A stretch of 64,000 bases of DNA from a plasmid. The notes beneath the pieces are model-generated. The model did not search any database and was not told where the DNA came from. It worked only from the letters and a program-made list of their open reading frames with translations. The DNA is taken from sequence record NZ_CP044080.1. One strand, written 5' to 3'. This document shows, piece after piece, positions 58,359-64,000 of this stretch. Every line of letters starts with the position of its first letter. The first letter of the stretch is position 1. Position numbers and translations under genes: made by a program.

Positions 58359-60976
58359 TTTGATTTCCTTCCATGCGTTTCAGGAAAAGTCTGCTGATCG
58401 CCGCAGACAGGCGCCTCCCATTTCGTGCCGAGCCAGGCCAGCAGCGGGGCGGCGGCATCGGCCCAGTCGCGCGATCCCGAGGCCACGGCACCGGCCGACA
58501 CCGCCCGCAGCCGCGCACGGTCCCGGTCGAGATCCAGAACAAGGCGCACGAAGGCGTCCTCGCAGCCATCCTCGGGCAGGATGAAACCATCGACGCCGTC
58601 GCGGATCGCCTCGCGCATGGCGCCGACATCGGTCGCCAGCACCACCACCCCCAGCCGCTGCGCCTCGAGAACCGACAGCGGCAGCCCTTCGTAATGCGAA
58701 GGCAGGATCATCACGTCGGTGTCCGCCAGAAGCGCGGTCAGCGCATCGGGGCCGCGCACGGCGCCCAGCATCCGCACCTGCGGCGGAAAGGCCAGGTCGG
58801 CGGGCGCATCGACGACCGCCTGACCCGCGACGGAAAGCCGCATGTCCGGGGCATGCCGCGCCAGATCGCCCAGGATCGCGGCCAGCCGGTGGACGCCCTT
58901 TTGCGGGTCCAGCCGGCCCATGAACAGCACGCGCAGCGGCCCGTCGCCCGGTCGGGTGGCACGGTCGTCCAAGGCCTTCGCAAGCCGATCCGCCTTCAGC
59001 GGATAGCCGGGCGCATTGACCAGCGGGCACAGCTTGCGGCGCGGCATCCCCTGGGCGTTCAGCCAGTGGGCCAGCGTCCTCGAACAGGTCAGCACCAGGT
59101 CGTAGGCGTGCTCATAGGCCAGCGCCAGCTTGGGCGGGCCATAGTTGCGGCCGTAGGTGCTGCGCTCGACCAGATGCTCGTGGTCGATCATCAGGATGCC
59201 CTGCTGGCGCAGCCGGCCGGCGACCTTGTGCAGCGCCGCCGAATGGGCGTTGATGACCGCATCCATCGACGACAGCAGCCCCGCAAGATCGGCGCGCTCG
59301 GTGCCGTTGCCCCAGCTGGGCTCGGCCGTGCCCAGGTATTCGGGGCCCGACCAGTCCAGGGTCGAGGCGTCGGGCAGCCAGCTGACCGTGGCGAAGGGCT
59401 CAAGCGCCCAGGCGTCGGAATGGATCGGGCGGTCGCTGGCGATGAACAGGTGCAGCCGGTGCCCCGCCGCCGCCAGTTCGCGCGCCAGGCTTGCCGCGAC
59501 CTTTTCCACTCCGCCGAAATCGAAGATCGGCAGGACCATCCCGATGTCCTTGCGGCCGGGCTGTTTCAGCAGCGGAAAGACGATGCCGCCCGAAACGGCC
59601 TTGCGCGGGATCTCGACCGCCATCGCGCGGCTTGCCGCGCCGCCGGTCTCGCGCCAGTTCCAGCTTTGGTCCAGCGCCGGACGATAGCGGCTGCGGTGCA
59701 GCGCGACCAGAAAGCCGCGCATCACCTCGGCGGCGCTGTCGCTGTCGGGACGGGCGGCGCGCCCGTCCGCCACCTCGAGCCCCCAGCTTGTCACGGGATG
59801 GGGACAGGGTGTCCGGTCGATCTCGCGCGCCCAGGCGGCATCGGTTTCCAGCAGGATGCGGCGCAGGCCCTGCATCGACAGGACCGCCCCGTCCGACGGG
59901 CGGTCGGGATTGCCCAGGTCGCTGTGGACCGCATGGCCCGCGTCCGAAGCGTCCAGGAAGAACAGGTCCACGTCGCCCGGCCATTCCAGCCGCGCCTGCC
60001 GCCGTTCGCAGTTCCACAGGAAGCCGTGCAGCAACCGGGCCTGGGCCAGCCGGGCACGGGTGCCGTCGCGCAGAAAGATCAGGACGGCGGGCGCGTGGTT
60101 GCGGTGGGGATCGGCCAGATGGGCAAAGATCCGGCGCTCAAGCTCGGCCAGGGGAACGCTTTTGCCCTGGTCGGGGTCCGTGCACAGAAAGGCCTGACCG
60201 CCCTCGACCAGCGCATAGCGGGGAAAGCGCGCCGCCTCGAGCGCCAGAAGCGCGGGACAGGAAAACAGCCAGCGGTGCTTTTGTTCCAGAAAGCGACGCA
60301 GTTCGCCGTCGCGGTCGTGGGAACCGGCCAGCATGCTGGCGGGACGCTTGCGGTACAGCAGCACCGGCTCGGCAAAGGGCTGGCCCCGGAACCCGCGGCT
60401 GGCGGCCGACAGCCAGAAATCCCAGTCCTCGTAGCCCTGCTTCATCGTCTCGTCAAAGCGCAGCCCGGCGTCCAGCACCCGGCGGCGGATCAGGCTGCCG
60501 GCCTCGCACAGGTTGACATGGGCGTGAAACAGCAGGTCCGGTTCGCGGTCGGTGACGTAATGGCCCTTTTGGCCGAAGAAGTCGAAATCGGGATAGAACC
60601 AGTCCCGGTCGGGGTGGCGCGCCAGCGCACGGCCGAACGCGGCGCCCGCGCCCGCCGCCAGGACGTTGTCGGCATCCAGCAGCAGCACGGCCGCGATGTC
60701 CTGATCCAGCGCCAGCGCGGCGTCGATCCCGCAGTTGCGCGCGGTGCTGAGCCCGCCGTTCGGCACATGCAGCGCCGCCATGCGCTCGCCCAGCAGCGCC
60801 TGCCAGCTTGCGATGCTGGTCATGGTCTCGTCATGCTCGCAGCCGTCATTGACCACGACCAGCCGACGGATGGTGCCGCTGGCCATTTCGCGATGCACCG
60901 CGCCGATGGCGTCGTCCAGCAGAACGGGATGGCCCCAGACCGGGATGACGACGCTGACCTGGTCGCGCGGGCTCAT
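58355..60976 (-). CDS. Large bifunctional glycosyltransferase: N-terminal GT2 (GT-A) domain, central domain of unknown function, C-terminal GT4 (GT-B) domain
   Basis: 873 aa from MSPRDQVSVVIPVWGHP within ORF 58355..61903. The GT2 half has VSVVIPVWG…LVVVNDGCEHDETM…LLLDADNVL, a DxD-type motif. The GT4 half has …RVLFMGRLDPQKGVHRL…MILPSHYEGLPLSVLEAQRLGVVVLATDVGAMREAIRDGVDGFIL. Confidence 0.75.
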   Translation of the reverse strand: MSPRDQVSVVIPVWGHPVLLDDAIGAVHREMASGTIRRLVVVNDGCEHDETMTSIASWQALLGERMAALHVPNGGLSTARNCGIDAALALDQDIAAVLLLDADNVLAAGAGAAFGRALARHPDRDWFYPDFDFFGQKGHYVTDREPDLLFHAHVNLCEAGSLIRRRVLDAGLRFDETMKQGYEDWDFWLSAASRGFRGQPFAEPVLLYRKRPASMLAGSHDRDGELRRFLEQKHRWLFSCPALLALEAARFPRYALVEGGQAFLCTDPDQGKSVPLAELERRIFAHLADPHRNHAPAVLIFLRDGTRARLAQARLLHGFLWNCERRQARLEWPGDVDLFFLDASDAGHAVHSDLGNPDRPSDGAVLSMQGLRRILLETDAAWAREIDRTPCPHPVTSWGLEVADGRAARPDSDSAAEVMRGFLVALHRSRYRPALDQSWNWRETGGAASRAMAVEIPRKAVSGGIVFPLLKQPGRKDIGMVLPIFDFGGVEKVAASLARELAAAGHRLHLFIASDRPIHSDAWALEPFATVSWLPDASTLDWSGPEYLGTAEPSWGNGTERADLAGLLSSMDAVINAHSAALHKVAGRLRQQGILMIDHEHLVERSTYGRNYGPPKLALAYEHAYDLVLTCSRTLAHWLNAQGMPRRKLCPLVNAPGYPLKADRLAKALDDRATRPGDGPLRVLFMGRLDPQKGVHRLAAILGDLARHAPDMRLSVAGQAVVDAPADLAFPPQVRMLGAVRGPDALTALLADTDVMILPSHYEGLPLSVLEAQRLGVVVLATDVGAMREAIRDGVDGFILPEDGCEDAFVRLVLDLDRDRARLRAVSAGAVASGSRDWADAAAPLLAWLGTKWEAPVCGDQQTFPETHGRKSN

Positions 60977-62322
60977 TGCAGCAGCGCCGCGTTTCCGCCG
61001 CGGCTGGCAATGCGAAAGCCGCGGAACAGCCCCCAGCTCATGTCGTTCGGGCCGTCCGTCGCCAGCGAGGCCGCCAGCAGGATATCGGCCCGCCCCTCGA
61101 TCCGCTCCTGCGGGATGCAATGGGCCTGCGCCCAGCCGTGCGGCGGCAGGCCATGCACCCAGGGGCCCATGCGGCGCTGCCAGAAACCGTCTTCGTCCAC
61201 CCGGCCATGCGGGGCAACGCCGACGGCAAAGTTCAGACTGGGCGCGCGCGGATGGCCGACGTTGACCAGGGCCGAGATATGGGACATCGACGGCAGATCC
61301 ACGTCGCGGATGATGGCGCAGACCGGCCCCTGGCGCGAGGGGTGGACCATGACCGCGTCCTCGTTTTCCCAGAAGGCGGCCGAGATGTGGTCCTGGGCCT
61401 GCGGCGGAACCGCGAACAGTTCGGGCCGAGGCAACAGCGCGGGCGAAACGAAGCCCGCCTCGTCGACCAGGGCGGCGCCTTGCACCTCGGCCGGCAGACG
61501 GACACCGGGCAGGCCCTTCCAGACCCGCAGCGCAAGCACCTGTTCGCACGCCGGACCCTTGGGAAGCCGCAGGGCGAAGCGCTGATCGGGGACGGCATGG
61601 CCCAGGCCCAGCGACAGCGGCACCGAACCCTTCCAGTCCAGCCGCAGCATGCAGTCGCGCTCGACCCCGCCGATCGGCTGGTCGGGCTGCAAGCGCAGCC
61701 AGCCCGCGCCGGCCCCGCCCTCGGCCGGGCGCAGCGCATGGGACACGCCGGCCGCATCGACCAGCGCCGCCTGCAGCCCCTGGGCGTTCGTGCCCTGCGG
61801 CAGCCACAGATCGACCGCCGCGATGCAGGCGATGCTGAGCGGCAGAACCTGTTCGGCCACCGAGCGCGGCTCGATCCGGGCGATCTGGCCGACCGGCTCC
61901 CACGACAGGGATTTCATATAGCGGGGATTGCCCAGGCTATACATGAAATCCTCGACCGCTTTCAGGCTTTCCTCCAGCGCGTTATTCTCGTTCCGCAGAA
62001 TCGAGGCGGCGAGTCGGGCCGATCCGGCATCGCTTTCGACCGAATTCATCTGATCCAGCAGCAGGCCGATAATATCGGCGGCCAGTTTCTTCTGATTGCG
62101 GGGATCGAATTCCAGCCGGGGCAGCATCTGCAAGGCGGCCGGCAGCGCGGGCATCTTGGCGGCCGCGCCTTTTCCCGTGATGACGCCCGCGGGACGGCGG
62201 CCGTCCAGACGTCGAATCGCGGCCATTCCGTCCGACAATCCAACACATTCAACGCAATCGGCAGGCATGATCGCGGCGATCTGGTCGCGCAGACCCTCCT
62301 GGACGAAAAACACGGCGCGCAT
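60973..62322 (-). CDS. Hypothetical protein (449 aa), first gene of the glycan operon
   Basis: MRAVFFVQEGLRDQIAAIMPADCVECVGLSDGMAAIRRL…. No family was recognised. A long low-GC intergenic region lies upstream. Confidence 0.5.
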   Translation of the reverse strand: MRAVFFVQEGLRDQIAAIMPADCVECVGLSDGMAAIRRLDGRRPAGVITGKGAAAKMPALPAALQMLPRLEFDPRNQKKLAADIIGLLLDQMNSVESDAGSARLAASILRNENNALEESLKAVEDFMYSLGNPRYMKSLSWEPVGQIARIEPRSVAEQVLPLSIACIAAVDLWLPQGTNAQGLQAALVDAAGVSHALRPAEGGAGAGWLRLQPDQPIGGVERDCMLRLDWKGSVPLSLGLGHAVPDQRFALRLPKGPACEQVLALRVWKGLPGVRLPAEVQGAALVDEAGFVSPALLPRPELFAVPPQAQDHISAAFWENEDAVMVHPSRQGPVCAIIRDVDLPSMSHISALVNVGHPRAPSLNFAVGVAPHGRVDEDGFWQRRMGPWVHGLPPHGWAQAHCIPQERIEGRADILLAASLATDGPNDMSWGLFRGFRIASRGGNAALLQ

Positions 62323-62901
62323 GGCTGATGACCTTCAAAATCGGGTTTCAGACCCCTTTCGGGATCGACGGCTTGAATGTGTCGGCTGACAGACGCCCTC
62401 GCATTTCCGGCCATTTGCCAGCGCAATGCGACGCGCTACTCGGTAATCTGGAACAAATTATCTTTTTCGACGTTTCGGCTATTTCCACGATCCGCTGCAA
62501 GGCTGATAGCGCCCTCAAAATGGTCCGTCAACACTGGTTAACGCAAGAATCCGCCGACATATTTGTGACATCGGTGCCTATTTCGCGTAGGAAAGATCAT
62601 TATGTTTGCGCTGTTTGGAATATTGATTGGGTTAACGAAGCATATGTTCTTTTTGTCTGCGACCCTGCACCTCAATGGCGTGATCCCTGCGCGGGCAGTT
62701 GCTGCCCGAGGGTTCGGCACTGCCTGCCAGGTGCGCATCCCGCGTTAACGCGACAAGTCGGGCGCTCTGGCGACCTTTGCCAGAGCCGCCGCCCCGCCGA
62801 AACACCGGACAGCCGGGCTGTCACGCAAGCGTCGCGAAACCCGCGCCCCTGACCCGGCGTTCCCCCGGCTCAACGCGCGAGGCGCCAACCGGGGATCTGC
62901 C

Positions 62902-63711
62902 ATGGCCGAGAAAGTCGAACTGCACGTCGAGGACAGCGGAGGTGCCGGGCGCCCCGTCATCCTGATTCACGGCTGGCCCCTGTCCGGGGCGGCATGGGAA
63001 AAGCAGGTGCCCGTCCTGCGCGACGCGGGCTTTCGTGTCCTGACTTACGACCGGCGCGGCTTTGGTCGGTCCTCGAAGCCCGCCACGGGCTATGATTACG
63101 ATACACTGACCGCCGACCTGCATCAGGTGATTCTGGATCGCGACCTGCGCGACGTGACCATCGTCGGCTTTTCCATGGGCGGGGGCGAGGCCGCACGCTA
63201 TATCCCGAACCACGGCGCGGATCGCGTCCACAGCCTCGTCTTTGCCGCCGCCGTGCCGCCCTATCTGATGCAGACCGACGACAACCCCGAAGGCCCGCTG
63301 ACGCCCGAGCAGGCCAAGGCCATGGAGGACGCGCTGAAGGCGGACCGCGACACCTTCTTCGACAGCTTCACCCAGGATTTCTTCACCGCGAACGAAGAGC
63401 TGAAGGTTACCGAAAGCGACCGGCAAAAGGCCATCGAACTGGCGCATCAGTCGTCCCAGGTCGCGGCGCTTGGCTGCATGAAGGCCTTCGGCACCACCGA
63501 TTTCCGCGACGACCTGCGGCAGATCCAGGTGCCGGTGCTGGTGCTGCACGGCGACGCCGACGGCATCGTGCCGCTCGAGGGCTCGGGCCAACGCACGCAC
63601 GAGGCGATCCCCGGCAGCGAGCTGGTGGTGATCGAGGATGCGCCCCACGGCCTGAACGTCAGTCACCCCGACGAATTCAACGCGGCGCTGCTGGCGTTCC
63701 TGCGCCGCTGA
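62902..63711 (+). CDS. Alpha/beta hydrolase, cofactor-free (non-heme) haloperoxidase/esterase family
   Basis: 269 aa. VILIHGWPLSGAAWEKQVPVLRDAGFRVLTYDRRGFGRSSKPATGYDYDTLTADL…GFSMGGGE…VLVLHGDADGIVP…APHGL aligns along the full length of bacterial non-heme chloro/bromoperoxidases. The nucleophile motif is GFSMG. Confidence 0.85.
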   Translation: MAEKVELHVEDSGGAGRPVILIHGWPLSGAAWEKQVPVLRDAGFRVLTYDRRGFGRSSKPATGYDYDTLTADLHQVILDRDLRDVTIVGFSMGGGEAARYIPNHGADRVHSLVFAAAVPPYLMQTDDNPEGPLTPEQAKAMEDALKADRDTFFDSFTQDFFTANEELKVTESDRQKAIELAHQSSQVAALGCMKAFGTTDFRDDLRQIQVPVLVLHGDADGIVPLEGSGQRTHEAIPGSELVVIEDAPHGLNVSHPDEFNAALLAFLRR

Positions 63712-64000
63712 GAAAGGCTGCCGCCAGCGCCAGGTCGTCCTTGAACTGGCGCGTGGCGACGGCGGCCTGCACGGCATCCGGCAAGCGCAGCAGATAGGCC
63801 GGATGCCACGTCGGCAGAATGGCCGGGCCCTGCCCCCGCTCGATGATCCGGCCGCGCAATTCGCCCATCTTGCCGCTGCGCCCGGTCAGGCCCAGCATGG
63901 CTGTCGCCCCCATGGCGACGATCAGGCGGGGGCGCACCATCCCGATTTCCTGCGTCAGCCACCAGCGGCAATGCGACACCTCGCCCGCGTCGGGTCTTTG
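63677..64000 (-). CDS. Uracil-DNA glycosylase family 4, C-terminal part; the gene runs off the window end
   Basis: …LIVAMGATAMLGLTGRSGKMGELRGRIIERGQGPAILPTWHPAYLLRLP…DDLA is a family-4 UDG C-terminus. The start lies beyond 64000. Confidence 0.6.
   Translation of the reverse strand, partial: QRPDAGEVSHCRWWLTQEIGMVRPRLIVAMGATAMLGLTGRSGKMGELRGRIIERGQGPAILPTWHPAYLLRLPDAVQAAVATRQFKDDLALAAAFLSGAGTPAAPR

Noticed and set aside
58373-61585. 1070-aa plus-strand ORF antisense to the fused GT2-GT4 gene
   Set aside because: It is low-complexity Arg/Gly/Gln-rich. The minus strand encodes glycosyltransferase domains with DxD and EX7E-type motifs.

Overview
This is a high-GC (about 67-70%) alphaproteobacterial chromosomal segment, Rhodobacterales/Paracoccus-like in codon usage and gene content. 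No tRNA, rRNA or CRISPR array was found. Reading left to right: (1) the C-terminal end of a LysR regulator; (2) a minus-strand RND multidrug efflux operon of a TetR regulator, membrane fusion protein, AcrB-type pump and NodT/OprM-type outer membrane lipoprotein, plus a divergent GntR regulator; (3) a four-gene cluster at 7531-11835 encoding two membrane proteins with long coiled coils, a single-pass protein, a MotA/ExbB-like channel protein with a C-terminal coiled-coil tail and a MotB/OmpA-like peptidoglycan-anchored partner; (4) a pentose/pentitol locus (DeoR regulator, sugar ABC transporter, L-ribulose-5-P 4-epimerase-like, FGGY kinase, SDR, and a D-lyxose isomerase gene frameshifted by a 106-bp tandem duplication); (5) an NDUFS4-like small protein; (6) a Liv-type ABC transporter with an M20 amidohydrolase, an M81 (MlrC-like) peptidase and a GntR regulator; (7) a lower-GC islet encoding a secreted CAP-domain protein with RTX repeats, next to a nest of insertion sequences (intact IS3-family element, IS21 istA remnant, truncated LysR, an IS3-family element split by an IS30 insertion); (8) otnK/otnC-like acid-sugar genes, a DUF72 gene, and a second IS3-family element that truncates an amino-acid permease gene upstream of an L-asparaginase; (9) a FUSC-family membrane protein and a LuxR regulator divergent from a three-gene heme-enzyme operon (di-heme cytochrome c peroxidase-like, catalase-related, cyclooxygenase-like animal heme peroxidase); (10) small DUF3008 and DUF2934 proteins, glgX and glgC; (11) a minus-strand glycan biosynthesis operon (lower-GC pyruvyl-transferase-like gene, GT4, two hypotheticals, an 873-aa fused GT2-GT4, one more hypothetical); (12) a non-heme haloperoxidase-type alpha/beta hydrolase and a partial family-4 uracil-DNA glycosylase. 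The most likely undescribed system is the MotAB/Zorya-like four-gene cluster at 7531-11835. The heme-peroxidase trio at 45273-49749 is a second candidate for new biology.
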